The notes beneath the pieces are model-generated. The model was not told where the DNA came from, did no database searches, and was given only the letters and a program-made list of their open reading frames with translations. The translations under genes were made by a program, and so were the position numbers. This document shows positions 46,023 to 56,675 of a DNA stretch of 64,000 nt, piece after piece (positions within the stretch are counted from its first letter, which is position 1; each line of letters starts with the position of its first letter). This stretch comes from Alphaproteobacteria bacterium (lineage in GTDB: Bacteria > Pseudomonadota > Alphaproteobacteria > MPNO01): the NCBI GenBank assembly GCA_964291675.2, contig OZ219866.1:192001-256000 (forward strand), written 5' to 3'.

Positions 46023-47810
46023 TCAGAACGCGTCTTCCCAGGGGCGGGAGAGCCGCATCGCCGAGGTGATCAGCCCGACCATGGAGTAGGTCTGCGGGAA
46101 GTTGCCCCAGAGCTCTCCGGTCCGGGTGTCGAGGTCCTCGGACAGCAGCCCCATCGCGTTGCAGGAGGCCAGCATGTTCTCGAACAGGCGGCGCGCCTCG
46201 TCCCGCCTGCCGAGCGCCGCCAGCGCGTCGATGTACCAGAAGGTGCAGACGTTGAACGCGTTCTCGGGCGCGCCGAAATCGTCGGTCTCGACATAGCGGA
46301 ACACGTGGTCGCCGCGGCGCAGCTCGCGCTCGACCGCGGCCACGGTGCCGACGAAGCGCGGCTCCAGCGGGTCGCAATACGAGATCTCGTGCATCAGCAG
46401 CAACGCCGCGTCGATCTCGCTGCCGCCGAAGGCGCTGACATAGCTCTGCTTGTCCTCGTTCCAGGCCTCGCGCTCGATGGTCTCGCGGATGTTGTCGGCG
46501 CGCGCCCGCCACAGCCAGGCGCGGTTGTCCAGCCCGAGACGGTCGGCGATGCGCGCCAGGCGGTCGCAGGCCGCCCAGCACATGAGCACCGAGAACGTGT
46601 GCACGCGCTCGGTCCCGCGCAGCTCCCAGATCCCGGCATCCTCCTTGTCGAAGAACCGCGCCGCCGCCTGGCCGACCCGTTCGAGGACGCGGAACAGGCT
46701 CTCGTCGCCGCGCAAGTCGAGCCGCTCGTCGAAGAACGCCTGCGCGCAGGCCAGGATCACCGTGCCGTAGACGTCGTTCTGGGTCTGCACATAGGCCTGG
46801 TTGCCGGCCCGCACCGGAAGGTGGTCGCGATAGCCCCGGAGGCTGTCGATCCGGCGCTCGGTGAGATCGGTCTCCATCTGGATGCCGAATACCGGCTGCA
46901 GCGTGCCGTCCAGGCTGGCGGCGACGATGTTGAGGATGTAGTTGAGATACTCCTCCATCGTCCTGGTGATGCCGAGGCGGTTGAGCGCGCGGATCACGAA
47001 ATAGGCGTCGCGCAGCCAGCAGAAGCGGTAATCCCAGTTGCGCGCCGTCCCGTCGGCCTCGGGGATCGAGGTGGTGATGGCGGCGACCACGGCGCCGGTC
47101 TCCTCGACCTCGCACAGCTTGAGGGTGATGGCCGCGCGGATCACCTCGTTCTGCCACTCGAAGGGGAGCGCGATGTAGCGCACCCATTCGCGCCAGTAAT
47201 CCTCGGTCCGCTCGAGAAACTCGCGGGAGAGCTCGGCGATGTCCCGCTCGATCGAGTCGTCGGGGCCGAGGATCAGGTCGAGCGGGCGGTTGAGCAGGAA
47301 CGCGGTCTCCTCCAGCACGAAGGACACCGAGGCGTTGGTGGTCAGCCGCATGACGTGGTCGGGCAGGACGTAGCGCAGATGGTTGCTGCCGCGCGTGACC
47401 TCCGGCCCGACCGCCCCGTAATCCCCCGCCGGGCGCAGCCGGATGCGGATATGCGGGGTGCCGGAGACCGGGATCAGCCGGCGCACCAGGGTCAGCGGGC
47501 GGGCGAGCCTTCCATGCCGCTTGAAGCGCGGCGCGAAGTCCACGACCTTCAGCGCGGCGCCGGATCGCGCGCGCAGCGTGGTCTCGACGATCGCCGTGTT
47601 GGGCAGGTAGCGCTGCTCGCTGGAGGCGAAATCCTCCAGCTCGATCTCGTAGAAGCCGATCGGCTCGACCGGGCGCAGCAGGTCGCAGAACACCGGGTTG
47701 CCGTCGAAGCGCGGCATGCACGCCCAGACCAGCCGCGCCCGCGAATCCAGCAGCGCCGCATAGGTGCAGTTGCCGATGATGGCGAGATCGAGCGATTGCA
47801 TCCCCTGCAC
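46023..47810 (-). CDS. Glycoside hydrolase family 15 (trehalase/glucoamylase-like)
   Basis: AIIGNC, RNWDYRFCWLRD, DAGIWELRG and LLSEDLD...LWGNFPQTYSMVGLI. Confidence 0.92.
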   Translation of the reverse strand: MQGMQSLDLAIIGNCTYAALLDSRARLVWACMPRFDGNPVFCDLLRPVEPIGFYEIELEDFASSEQRYLPNTAIVETTLRARSGAALKVVDFAPRFKRHGRLARPLTLVRRLIPVSGTPHIRIRLRPAGDYGAVGPEVTRGSNHLRYVLPDHVMRLTTNASVSFVLEETAFLLNRPLDLILGPDDSIERDIAELSREFLERTEDYWREWVRYIALPFEWQNEVIRAAITLKLCEVEETGAVVAAITTSIPEADGTARNWDYRFCWLRDAYFVIRALNRLGITRTMEEYLNYILNIVAASLDGTLQPVFGIQMETDLTERRIDSLRGYRDHLPVRAGNQAYVQTQNDVYGTVILACAQAFFDERLDLRGDESLFRVLERVGQAAARFFDKEDAGIWELRGTERVHTFSVLMCWAACDRLARIADRLGLDNRAWLWRARADNIRETIEREAWNEDKQSYVSAFGGSEIDAALLLMHEISYCDPLEPRFVGTVAAVERELRRGDHVFRYVETDDFGAPENAFNVCTFWYIDALAALGRRDEARRLFENMLASCNAMGLLSEDLDTRTGELWGNFPQTYSMVGLITSAMRLSRPWEDAF

Positions 47811-47884
47811 CTCCGCTCAAGCCGGGCGCCGCGCGCCGACAATCGCCGCAGTATAGCATCGCCCCGATTCCACATCGGATCGGC

Positions 47885-48245
47885 CTGGGATCCGGGCATC
47901 CATGGGCGGTGCATGGCGAGCCGGGTGCGGCCCGCCCCATCGCCATCCTTCCAGCCGGATCGCCCCCGGCTCCCGTGCTCCTCCACCGCCACCCCCACCC
48001 CGTCATGGCCGGACTTGATCCGGCCACCCATGCGCGGACTTGATCCGCGCAACCACTGGCGCCACCGCTACAACGCCCCGTCGGGAGGAGCGGCGGCGCC
48101 AGTGGATGCCCGGATCACCCCCGGACTTGATCCGGGGGCCGGGGCATGACGATGGGGGGAGGCATGGTGATAGGGCGGGAAACGCCGGGCGCGACGCGCG
48201 TCGAAGGCTAAACCGGACAGCAGTGGATCGAGTCCGGGCATGACG
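47885..48245. repeat. Cluster of family-B palindromes
   Basis: Several GTCATGGCCGGACTTGATCCGGCC-type and GGATCGAGTCCGGGCATGAC units. Other family-B copies at about 17053-17097, 39377-39400, 44249-44348, 52030-52140, 63874-64000. Confidence 0.8.
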
Positions 48246-48310
48246 CGGTGGGGCGAGGGTGCTAAAGCACACGATGCGCCGCAACGGGGCGCTGGAGCGG
48301 GCTCGCTCCG

Positions 48311-49126
48311 GTGTATGGCGAGGAGGAGAGCTTGAAGGACCGTTTCGACGTTTCCGGCCGCGCCGCGTTGCTGACCGGCGCGAGCCGGGGGATCGGGCGC
48401 GCCATCGCGCTGGCGCTGGCCGAGCACGGCGCGGACGTGGCGATCAACCACGTCTCGGCGTTCGACGCCGGGATCGGCTTCCCCGACGCGGCCCGCGAGC
48501 TGGTCGAGGAGGCGCAAGCGCACGGGGTGCGCGCGTTCGCCATCGAGGGCGACCTCTCGGTCGAGGGCGCCGCGCCCGACATCTACGACCGGGCGGTGGC
48601 GGCGCTCGGGCGGGTCGACATCCTGGTGCTCAACGCCAACATCCAGATTCCCGTCCCCTTCGGCGAGGCGACGGCGGAGCAGATCGACCTGCAATGCCGG
48701 ATGAACTACCGCGTCCCGATCCAGCTGCTGCAGCGCGCGCTGCCGCCGATGGCGGAACGCGGCTGGGGACGGGTGCTGGCGATCGGCAGCGTGCAGCAGG
48801 CCAACCCCACCATCGAGCTTGCCGTCTATGCCGGGCTGAAGAGCGCCCAGTACAACCTGGTGCTCAATCTGAGCCGGCAATACGTGAAGACCGGGGTGAC
48901 CATCAACAACCTCGCCCCCGGGCTGATCGACACCGACCGCAACCGCTTCCTGCGCGGCAGCGAGGACGAGTGGCGGGCGACCATCGAACGGACCAGCCCG
49001 ATGGGCCGCGCCGGCCTGCCCGACGACCTCGCCGGCGCCGCGCTGCTGCTGTGCTCGGATGCGGGGAGCTTCATCACCGGCACCAACATCAACGTGACCG
49101 GCGGCGGCGACCTGCCCTGGACGTGA
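48311..49126 (+). CDS. SDR family oxidoreductase
   Basis: TGASRGIG, DILVLNA, YAGLK and NNLAPG; start uncertain (48311 or 48332). Confidence 0.88.
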   Translation: MYGEEESLKDRFDVSGRAALLTGASRGIGRAIALALAEHGADVAINHVSAFDAGIGFPDAARELVEEAQAHGVRAFAIEGDLSVEGAAPDIYDRAVAALGRVDILVLNANIQIPVPFGEATAEQIDLQCRMNYRVPIQLLQRALPPMAERGWGRVLAIGSVQQANPTIELAVYAGLKSAQYNLVLNLSRQYVKTGVTINNLAPGLIDTDRNRFLRGSEDEWRATIERTSPMGRAGLPDDLAGAALLLCSDAGSFITGTNINVTGGGDLPWT

Positions 49127-49151
49127 GCGGGGCGGTCCCGGGGGCGATGCC

Positions 49152-49417
49152 TCCTTCGATACGCGGCTTCGCCGCTACTCAGGATGAGGGTGGGGTGTAA
49201 GGCGGCCTCAATGCCCCTCCCTCATCCTGAGTGGGCGCGCCCTTCGATACGCCCCCTGCGGGGGCTACTCAGGATGAGGCGAGGGTGGTGTGGGCAAGAT
49301 AAACCTCCCTCATCCTGAGTAGGCGCGCAGCGCCGTATCGAAGCCTCATCCCGAGTAGGCGCGCAGCGCCGTATCGAAGCCTCATCCTGAGTAGGCGCGT
49401 AGCGCCGTATCGAAGGA
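49152..49417. repeat. Family-A cluster including three tandem 36-bp units
   Basis: CCTCATCCTGAGTAGGCGCGCAGCGCCGTATCGAAG (near-identical copies) at 49308, 49344 and 49380 with no spacers. Confidence 0.88.
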
Positions 49418-49422
49418 CCGAC

Positions 49423-50154
49423 CTAGAGCGACAGACCGCCGTCGGCGACGAACACCTGGCCGGTGGTGTAGGCGCTCTCGTCGGCCGAGAGATGGACCGC
49501 CAGCGCGGCGATCTCCTCCGGCGTGCCGAGGCGGCCGAGCGGCTGGCGGGCGATGAAGTCGCGGCGCGCTCGCTCCGGGTCGTCGAAGGCGGCGATGCGA
49601 TCGTCCAGCGACGGCGACTGCACCGTGCCGGGGGCGATCGCGTTGCAGCGCACCCCGGTCCCTATCGTGTCGGCGGCGACCGCCTTGGTGAGCCCGATCA
49701 CCGCCGCCTTGGTGGTGCCGTAGACCGCCCGGTTGGGGAGGCCCTTCAGGCTGGAGACCACCGAGGCCATGTTGACCACCGAGCCCCGCCCGGCCTCGAT
49801 CATGCCGGGCAGGAACGCCCGGATCGTGCGGAACATGGACTTCACGTTGAGGTCGAGGGCGAAGTCGAGCTCGGCCTCGCTCGCCTCCAGGATCGCGCCG
49901 TGGTGGACGAAGCCGGCGACGTTGCAGAGCGCGTCGATCCGCCCGGTGCGGGCGGCGAAGCCGGCGACGGCGTCCGCGTCGGTCACGTCGAGGCGGTCGG
50001 TCTCGGCGACCCGGCCGGCGATCCCGGCGAGCTTCTCCGGCGCCACGTCGGTGGCGATCACCCGGGCGCCTTCGGCCGCCGCGGCGAGCGCGATCGCCCG
50101 CCCGATCCCCTGCCCCGAAGCGGTGACCAGCACCGTCTTGCCGTTGAGCCGCAT
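49423..50154 (-). CDS. SDR oxidoreductase (2-keto-3-deoxy-sugar acid dehydrogenase-like)
   Basis: TASGQGIG, AGFVHHGAIL, PNRAVYGTTK, PGTVQSPSL and FIARQPLGRLG. Confidence 0.85.
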   Translation of the reverse strand: MRLNGKTVLVTASGQGIGRAIALAAAAEGARVIATDVAPEKLAGIAGRVAETDRLDVTDADAVAGFAARTGRIDALCNVAGFVHHGAILEASEAELDFALDLNVKSMFRTIRAFLPGMIEAGRGSVVNMASVVSSLKGLPNRAVYGTTKAAVIGLTKAVAADTIGTGVRCNAIAPGTVQSPSLDDRIAAFDDPERARRDFIARQPLGRLGTPEEIAALAVHLSADESAYTTGQVFVADGGLSL

Positions 50155-50185
50155 GGCGCCCTCCTTCCCTCTGGACCGGCCGGGG

Positions 50186-51955
50186 TCAATGCGAGTGCCG
50201 CGGCAGCTTCGCCGTCACCGAGCGGTAGCGGGTGGCGAATTCGAGACAGCCGCCATCGGCGAGCTGGCCGACATGGGCGCGGTAGAGCTCCTCCCACGGC
50301 GTATGGTGTTCGAGCGCGGCCGGGACATGCGCCGCCCGGCGCGCCGCGAGCTCGTCTGCGGACAGCAGGATGTCGACCCGCCGGCGCCTGAGATCGACCC
50401 TGAGCCGGTCGCCGGTCTCCAGGATCGCGAGATTGCCGCCCGCCGCGCTCTCCGGGCTCGCATTGAGGATCGACGGGCTGCCCGAGGTGCCGGACTGGCG
50501 GCCGTCGCCGATGGTGGGAAGCTCGTCGATGCCGGCCCGGATGAGCGCCGCCGGGGGCTGCATGTTCACCACCTCGGCCGAGCCCGGATAGCCGACCGGC
50601 CCGGTGCCGCGCATCACCAGGATCGAGGTTGCGTCGATGCCGAGCCCCGGGTCGTCGATGCGGGCGCGGTAGTCCTCGGGGCCGTCGAACACGACGGCGC
50701 GGCCCTCGAAGGCGTCGGGGTCGGCGGCGGCGGACAGGAAGCGGGCGCGGAAGCCGTCCGAGATCACGCTGGTCTTCATGATCGCCGCGTCGAACAGATT
50801 GCCGCCCATGACCACGAAACCGGCGCGCTCCCTGAGCGGCCGGGCGAAGGGGCGGATCACGTCCTCGTCGGCCGGCGCGGCGTCGGCGACATTGTCCGCC
50901 GCGGTCCGCCCGTTCGCGGTGAGCGCATCGCCGTTGAGCCTGCCCGCGCGCAGCAGCTCGCCCATCACCGCCGGCACGCCGCCGGCGCGGTGGTAGTCCT
51001 CCGCCAGATACTCGCCCGCCGGCTGCAGATTGACCAGCAGCGGCACCTCGTAGCCCACCGCCTGCCAGTCGTCGAGGCCGAGCTCGACGCCGATATGGCG
51101 GGCGATGGCGTTGATGTGGATCGGCGCGTTGGTCGAGCCGCCGATGGCGCTGTTGACGGCGATCGCGTTCTCGAAGGCGAGCCGGGTGAGGATCTTCTCG
51201 GGCGTCAGATCCTCGTCGATCATGGCGACGATGCGCCGCCCGGTCTCGAAGGCGAACTGCGCGCGCTGCTTGTGCGGCGCCGGCGGGGTGGCCGAGCCCG
51301 GCAGCGACATGCCAAGCGCCTCGGCGAGCGAGTTCATCGTCGATGCCGTCCCCATGGTGTTGCAGTGGCCCGGGCTCGGCGCCGAGGAGGCGACCATCTC
51401 GATGAACGCGTCGTCGGCGATCTCGCCGGCGGCGAGCAGCCTCCGCGCCTCCCACAATATGGTGCCCGAGCCGGCGCGCCTCCCCTCCCACCAGCCGTTC
51501 AGCATCGGCCCGCCATTGAGCGAGATCGCGGGCAGGTTGGCGGTCGCCGCCGCCATGATCATCGCCGGCGTGGTCTTGTCGCAGCCGGTCGTCAGGATCA
51601 CCCCGTCGATCGGGTAGCCGTGCAGGATCTCGACCAGGCCGAGATAGGCGAGGTTGCGGTCGATCGCCGCGGTCGGGCGCCGGCCGCTCTCCTGGATCGG
51701 GTGCACCGGGAATTCGAGCGGGATGCCGCCGGCCTCGCGGATGCCGGCGCGCATGCGCCCGGCGAGGTCCTGGTGGATGCGGTTGCAGGGCGACAAGTCG
51801 GAGCCGGTCTGGGCGATGCCGACGATCGGCTTGCCGGATTGCAGCTCCTCGCGGGTCAGGCCGAAATTCATGTAGCGCTCGATATAGAGCGCAGTCATGC
51901 CGGCATCGAGCGGATCGTCGAACCAGCTCCGGCTGCGCAGCTTTTTCCCTGCCAT
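50186..51955 (-). CDS. IlvD/Edd family sugar-acid dehydratase (xylonate/arabinonate-type)
   Basis: LYIERYMNFG, GSDLSPCNRIH, TGCDKTTPA, GHCNTMGTAS, GDGRQSGTS; ends RHSH. Confidence 0.9.
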   Translation of the reverse strand: MAGKKLRSRSWFDDPLDAGMTALYIERYMNFGLTREELQSGKPIVGIAQTGSDLSPCNRIHQDLAGRMRAGIREAGGIPLEFPVHPIQESGRRPTAAIDRNLAYLGLVEILHGYPIDGVILTTGCDKTTPAMIMAAATANLPAISLNGGPMLNGWWEGRRAGSGTILWEARRLLAAGEIADDAFIEMVASSAPSPGHCNTMGTASTMNSLAEALGMSLPGSATPPAPHKQRAQFAFETGRRIVAMIDEDLTPEKILTRLAFENAIAVNSAIGGSTNAPIHINAIARHIGVELGLDDWQAVGYEVPLLVNLQPAGEYLAEDYHRAGGVPAVMGELLRAGRLNGDALTANGRTAADNVADAAPADEDVIRPFARPLRERAGFVVMGGNLFDAAIMKTSVISDGFRARFLSAAADPDAFEGRAVVFDGPEDYRARIDDPGLGIDATSILVMRGTGPVGYPGSAEVVNMQPPAALIRAGIDELPTIGDGRQSGTSGSPSILNASPESAAGGNLAILETGDRLRVDLRRRRVDILLSADELAARRAAHVPAALEHHTPWEELYRAHVGQLADGGCLEFATRYRSVTAKLPRHSH

Positions 51956-52202
51956 GGGCGACGCCCCCGCGCTGTTGCCGGCCCAGCCTAGCGCGCATTT
52001 CCCGCCCCTGTCACGGCCTGCGCCGCCCATGGATGCCCGGATCGAGTCCGGGCATGACGAAAGGGGGGGGTGTCGGCGTTCCCCCACCCCGTCATGGCTG
52101 GCCCCCGGATCGAGTCCGGGGGTGATCCGGCCATCCATGCGGCCCGTGACCGTGGCGGGGGATGCGGGCTAGGATGTCCCGGTTGCGCGGCGGAGGGCTC
52201 TC

Positions 52203-52739
52203 ATGAACCGGCCGGTCGGCGTGGCGGAGCTGAAGGACCACATCCGCCAGATCCCGGATTTTCCCAAGCCGGGCATCCTGTTCTACGACATCTCCACGCT
52301 GCTGCAGCACGCGGATGCGTGGGCAACGACCGTGGACGCGCTGGCCGAAGCGGTCTCGCGGCACGAGCCGGACCGGCTGATCGGCATCGAGTCGCGCGGC
52401 TTCCTGGTGGCGGCGCCGCTCGCGCTCCGCCTCGGGCTCGGCTTCACCATGGTGCGCAAGAAGGACAAGCTGCCGGGCGCCACCATCGCCCACGAATACG
52501 CGCTCGAATACGGCACCGACACGGTCGAGATCCAGGCCGACGCGATCGCGCCCGGTCAGCGCGTGGTGGTGCTCGACGACCTGCTGGCGACGGGGGGGAC
52601 GATGAGCGCGGCGATCGAGCTGCTGCGCGGGGTCGGCGCCGACGTGCGCGGGGCCGCCTGCATCATCGAGCTCTGCTTCCTGCGGGGGCGCGCGCGGCTC
52701 GACGTGCCGATCGACACGCTGATCGCCTACGACTCCTGA
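52203..52739 (+). CDS. apt: Adenine phosphoribosyltransferase
   Basis: [28 protein letters not shown] and DDLLATGGT. Confidence 0.95.
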   Translation: MNRPVGVAELKDHIRQIPDFPKPGILFYDISTLLQHADAWATTVDALAEAVSRHEPDRLIGIESRGFLVAAPLALRLGLGFTMVRKKDKLPGATIAHEYALEYGTDTVEIQADAIAPGQRVVVLDDLLATGGTMSAAIELLRGVGADVRGAACIIELCFLRGRARLDVPIDTLIAYDS

Positions 52740-53563
52740 ACCACCCGGTTGGCGAGCGTGCCGATGCGCTCGATCTCGACCTCGATCCTGTCGCCCGGCT
52801 TCATGTAGAGCGGCGGCGTCCGCCCGTGGCCGACCCCGTGCGGCGTCCCGGTGGAGATCGCATCGCCCGGGGCGAGCGGGGTGAAGCCCGAGACGTAGCT
52901 CACCAGGCGCGGGATGCCGAAGATGAAATCGGCCGTGTTGCCGTCCTGCACGGTCTCGCCGTTGAGCCTTGTGCGGACGGCGAGCGCGTGCGGGTCCGGG
53001 ATCTCGTCGGCGGTGACGAAGCACGGGCCGAACCCGCCGGTCCGCGGGAAATTCTTGCCGGCCGACAGATTCTCCTCCTGCCAGTCGCGGATCGAGCCGT
53101 CGTTGAGGATGGTGTAGCCGGCGACATGGGCGAGCGCGTCGGCCTCTTCGACGTAGCGCCCGGCGCGGCCGATGACGACGGCGAGCTCGCCCTCGAAATC
53201 GAACGCCTCCGAGACCCGGGGGCGGACGATGTCGCGTTCGTGGCCGACCAGCGCGTCGTGGTATTTAAGGAACACGCTCGGCACCGTCGGCACCTTCCGG
53301 TTCATCTCGCGCACATGGACCATGTAGTTGAGGCCGATGCAGACCAGCTTGGCCGGGGGGCCGAGCACCGGGAGGAAGCCGATCTCGGGCAGCGGGATCC
53401 TCGGCGCCGCGTCGACGGCCGCAGCGGCCTCGTCCAGCGCGCCTTCCCGCAGCGCCTCGACGATGCCGGCATGGCCGGTCGCGGCGCCGAGATCGGCGAC
53501 CTCCTCGCCCGCCAGCGCGCCCCAGCTCGCCCGGCCCGCGTGCTCGAAGGTCAGGAGCTTCAC
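52727..53563 (-). CDS. Fumarylacetoacetate hydrolase family protein
   Basis: GTG start overlapping the ubiD-like stop; [33 protein letters not shown] and TGTPHGVG. Confidence 0.9.
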   Translation of the reverse strand: MKLLTFEHAGRASWGALAGEEVADLGAATGHAGIVEALREGALDEAAAAVDAAPRIPLPEIGFLPVLGPPAKLVCIGLNYMVHVREMNRKVPTVPSVFLKYHDALVGHERDIVRPRVSEAFDFEGELAVVIGRAGRYVEEADALAHVAGYTILNDGSIRDWQEENLSAGKNFPRTGGFGPCFVTADEIPDPHALAVRTRLNGETVQDGNTADFIFGIPRLVSYVSGFTPLAPGDAISTGTPHGVGHGRTPPLYMKPGDRIEVEIERIGTLANRVVQES

Positions 53564-55167
53564 GATCCGCCCCTGTTCGCGGCGGGCGGCTGGGCGGCGA
53601 AGCGAGAGTCCCTGAGGCAGTGCCGCCCGTCCGCGTCCTGCCACAGGATGTCGGCCTCGTGCAGCGCCCCGAGCGCCCGGGCGACCGCCTGGAACCCCTC
53701 GCTTGCGTAGCGCTCGGCGAGCTCGGCGAAATAGGCCGGCGCCTGCTCGATATCGGCGCGAATGCGCTCGGCGAGCGCGTCGATGTCGGCCGCCTCCGAC
53801 GCCGCCTTCGCCCCGTTGGCCGGGCCGAGATAGTCCTCCAGCTTGACGCTGTCGGCATAGGCGTAGGCGATGCGGTGGAAGCGCGCCCTCGGCACGTCGT
53901 CGGCGATGGTGGCGTCGATTCCCATCTTGGCCGTCGTCGGCACCTTGCCGGGCTCGATCCTGAGGCTCGGATCGAGCGGCTTCGACCGCGCGTTCGACAG
54001 GATCAGCACGTCGCGGTCGGCCTGCACCCGTGTCGCCACCGCCCATTCGACGTCCACCGGGTCGAACACGTCGATGTCGTCCTCGACCACGGTGACGTGC
54101 TTCATGTCGGCGACCGAGAGCGCGGCCGTGATCGCGTTCTTGCCGTCGCCCGGGTGCGGCCTGATGGCGATCACCGCGTGCCAGTGGCAGCACCCGCCCG
54201 GCGTGATGTTGACCGCCGTGACCTGCACGCCGGCCTCGTGGCAGACCCGGCGCACCGCGGCCTCGTAGATCGGCCCCGACGGCCAGATGTTCTCCCACGG
54301 CATGTGCAGCGCGTAGTAGACCGCGTCGTTCCGCATCGCCACCGCGTTGACGCGGACCAGCGGGTTCCAGTGGAGCCCGCCCATCAGCCGGGTGAACTCG
54401 CCGAACCGGCCCTCCGGCCGGGTCCAGCCGGTCGGCAGGATCTCGGCTTCCAGCACGATCTCGGCATCGGCGATGCACTCGATGTCGACCGTCTTGCACG
54501 GCGTGAGCGCGAGCCCCTCGCCCCGCATGCCGCCGGCGATGGCGACCTCGCTCACCCCGATGGGCGCCTTGTAGGTGGCGGCGATGACCTCGATCGGGTG
54601 GGTGCCGATATTGATCGAGATCGGCAGCGGCCGGTTCCTCGCAAACGCCTTCTCGGCGAAGCGCCGGAGATTGTTGGGGGTGACGATGTCGATGCCGGTG
54701 AGCGCCTTCTCCTTGACGAGAAAGCGGTAGACGCCCGCGTTCAGCCCGTGCTCGCCGTCCGGGTCGCGGGCAAGCGTCACGCCGGCGGTGATCATCGGGC
54801 CGCCGTCGAGCACCGAGAACAGCGGGATCGGCAGGCGGTAGAGGTCGACCGCATCGCCCTCCAGCAGGGTCTCGCGGGCGGGCCCGGCATTGACCGAGCG
54901 CGGCGCGACCGGGCGGTCGAGCCCGGCGCGCACCTTCCCCTCGATCTCGCCGAAGGAACAGCCCATGGCGACGGCGAGCCGGTCGCGGTGGTTGATCACC
55001 CCCGAGACCACGGGCATGTCGTAGCCCGCGACATCGGTGAACAAGAGCGCCTTGTCCGACTGGTCGACCAGCGCCGCGATATGGCGGATATCGACCGGCC
55101 GCGCGATCTCGACCAGCTGGTCCGCCGCGCGCAGCTCGCCCAGCAGCTCGCGAAAATTCTCCGCCAT
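53560..55167 (-). CDS. UbiD family decarboxylase with C-terminal extension
   Basis: NAGVYRF, ADAEIVLEAE, EGRFGEFT, VEDDIDVFD..DVEWAVATRVQADRD, LDPS and KMGIDAT. Confidence 0.9.
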   Translation of the reverse strand: MAENFRELLGELRAADQLVEIARPVDIRHIAALVDQSDKALLFTDVAGYDMPVVSGVINHRDRLAVAMGCSFGEIEGKVRAGLDRPVAPRSVNAGPARETLLEGDAVDLYRLPIPLFSVLDGGPMITAGVTLARDPDGEHGLNAGVYRFLVKEKALTGIDIVTPNNLRRFAEKAFARNRPLPISINIGTHPIEVIAATYKAPIGVSEVAIAGGMRGEGLALTPCKTVDIECIADAEIVLEAEILPTGWTRPEGRFGEFTRLMGGLHWNPLVRVNAVAMRNDAVYYALHMPWENIWPSGPIYEAAVRRVCHEAGVQVTAVNITPGGCCHWHAVIAIRPHPGDGKNAITAALSVADMKHVTVVEDDIDVFDPVDVEWAVATRVQADRDVLILSNARSKPLDPSLRIEPGKVPTTAKMGIDATIADDVPRARFHRIAYAYADSVKLEDYLGPANGAKAASEAADIDALAERIRADIEQAPAYFAELAERYASEGFQAVARALGALHEADILWQDADGRHCLRDSRFAAQPPAANRGGS

Positions 55168-55340
55168 CCGTCCGCCCCGTCCCGGTTGCGGCCGGACGGT
55201 AGCACCGGCGCCCGGGCGATGCCAACGCGCCCTTCGATACGGCGCTGGCGCGCCTACTCAGGATGAGGAGAGGGGTTGAGAACGGCCCAGGACTCTTCCC
55301 TCATCCCGAGTAGGCCCGGAGGGCCGTATCGAGGGACGGG

Positions 55341-55721
55341 CTAGCCGCGCGGCGCCTCGGGCCTTGTGGCGACGAAGACCGCCGCGCCGCAGATCGTTGC
55401 CACCAGCGCCGCCGTCACGGCCCAGTGGAAGCCCGCGACCAAGACCAGCACCGCGATGGCGAGCGCCATGAAGGCGAGCGCCGAGACCTTGGCGCGGCGC
55501 CGGATCACCCCGTGGCGCTGCCAGTCGAGCACCGGCGGGCCGAAGCGGGGATGGTCGAGCAGCCAGCGGTGGAAGCGCTCGGAGCTGCGCGCGAACGCCC
55601 ACACCGCGACCAGCAGGAACACCACCGTCGGCATGCCCGGCACGACGACGCCGATGGCGCCCAGCCCGACGCAAATCCAGCCCAGCGCGAGATAGACGTA
55701 GCGGACGAGCGGGGAGCGCAT
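55341..55721 (-). CDS. YbaN/DUF454 inner membrane protein
   Basis: LGAIGVVVPGMPTVVFLL...FARSSERFHRWLLDHPRFGP...AK. Confidence 0.9.
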   Translation of the reverse strand: MRSPLVRYVYLALGWICVGLGAIGVVVPGMPTVVFLLVAVWAFARSSERFHRWLLDHPRFGPPVLDWQRHGVIRRRAKVSALAFMALAIAVLVLVAGFHWAVTAALVATICGAAVFVATRPEAPRG

Positions 55722-55766
55722 GGCGGGACTATAGCGGAATGCGCGTCGCGGGCGGGTGCGGTCCGC

Positions 55767-55795
55767 TTGACATCGATGGTTCATGAATTCATGTT
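55767..55795 (+). promoter_or_regulatory. Probable promoter/operator of the RHH-vapC locus
   Basis: TTGACA at 55767 followed by the palindrome CATGAATTCATG (55782-55793). Confidence 0.5.
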
Positions 55796-55801
55796 TTATG
55801 C

Positions 55802-56032
55802 ATGACAACGATGATCCAGATCCGCAATGTTCCAGAGTCCGTGCACCGGCGGTTGAAGGCCCGGGCGGCGCTGGAGGGCGTGTCGATGTCGCGCTTCGTT
55901 TTGCGCGAGATCGAACGCGCGCTGGAGCGCCCGACGCGGCAGGAGTGGATCGAGGCGCTCCGCTCGCAGCCGGAAGTCTCGCTCGATATGTCGCCGGCGG
56001 ACATCCTGCGGGACGAACGGAACCGGCGTTGA
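55802..56032 (+). CDS. FitA-like ribbon-helix-helix antitoxin
   Basis: MIQIRNVPESVHRRLKARAALEGVSMS. Confidence 0.85.
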   Translation: MTTMIQIRNVPESVHRRLKARAALEGVSMSRFVLREIERALERPTRQEWIEALRSQPEVSLDMSPADILRDERNRR

Positions 56033-56421
56033 TGGTTCTGGACGCGTCCGGTGCCATCGAGCTGCTGCTGTACACCGCCCCGGGCAAACGGCTTGCCGCC
56101 GTGCTGGAAAGTGAGGCGGACATCGTGCATGTGCCGCATCTCATCGACCTGGAGATCGCCCATGTCCTGCGCCGCTATGTGATGAACGGCACGCTCGACC
56201 AGCGGGCGGGATCGAGCGCGCTTCGCCTCTGGCGGGAGCTTGACGTCGAACGCTATCCGCACGAGCCGCTGCTCGACCGGATCTGGCAGCTCCGCGCCAA
56301 TGTGAGCGCCTATGACGCCGTCTATGTCGCGCTCGCGGAAACCCTGTCGGACGTGCTCGTCACGGGCGACCGGCGGCTCGCCCGCGTGCCGGGGCTGGGG
56401 GTTGCGGTGGAAGCTGTTTGA
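56029..56421 (+). CDS. vapC: VapC family PIN-domain toxin
   Basis: MVLDAS, PHLIDLEI, SAYDAVYVALAE and VTGDRRL. Confidence 0.87.
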   Translation: MMVLDASGAIELLLYTAPGKRLAAVLESEADIVHVPHLIDLEIAHVLRRYVMNGTLDQRAGSSALRLWRELDVERYPHEPLLDRIWQLRANVSAYDAVYVALAETLSDVLVTGDRRLARVPGLGVAVEAV

Positions 56422-56675
56422 AACAGGGTTCCCCGCTGAGCGTGGAGGGCGGCATCTCCCCCCATCATTACGACCGCAGCCGCGCGGAGCACGGAAACGT
56501 TGAGATACCTCAAGGGGCAGACCCGTCTGCCCGTCCTTCGTCTTTTCTCTGTCAGACTTGCCAACAGATTGCCAAGCGTGTGAAGCTTAGGCCAACATGG
56601 CGGCCGACCGACTTTACCTATTGAAATTGATGCACTCGATCGCGTTCCAACCCCGGCATCCACTTGAGGCTTCTC

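Noticed and set aside
49308-49415. Three 36-bp direct repeats resembling a CRISPR array
   Set aside because: The units abut with no spacers, they are half-units of dispersed repeat family A, and there are no cas genes in the window.
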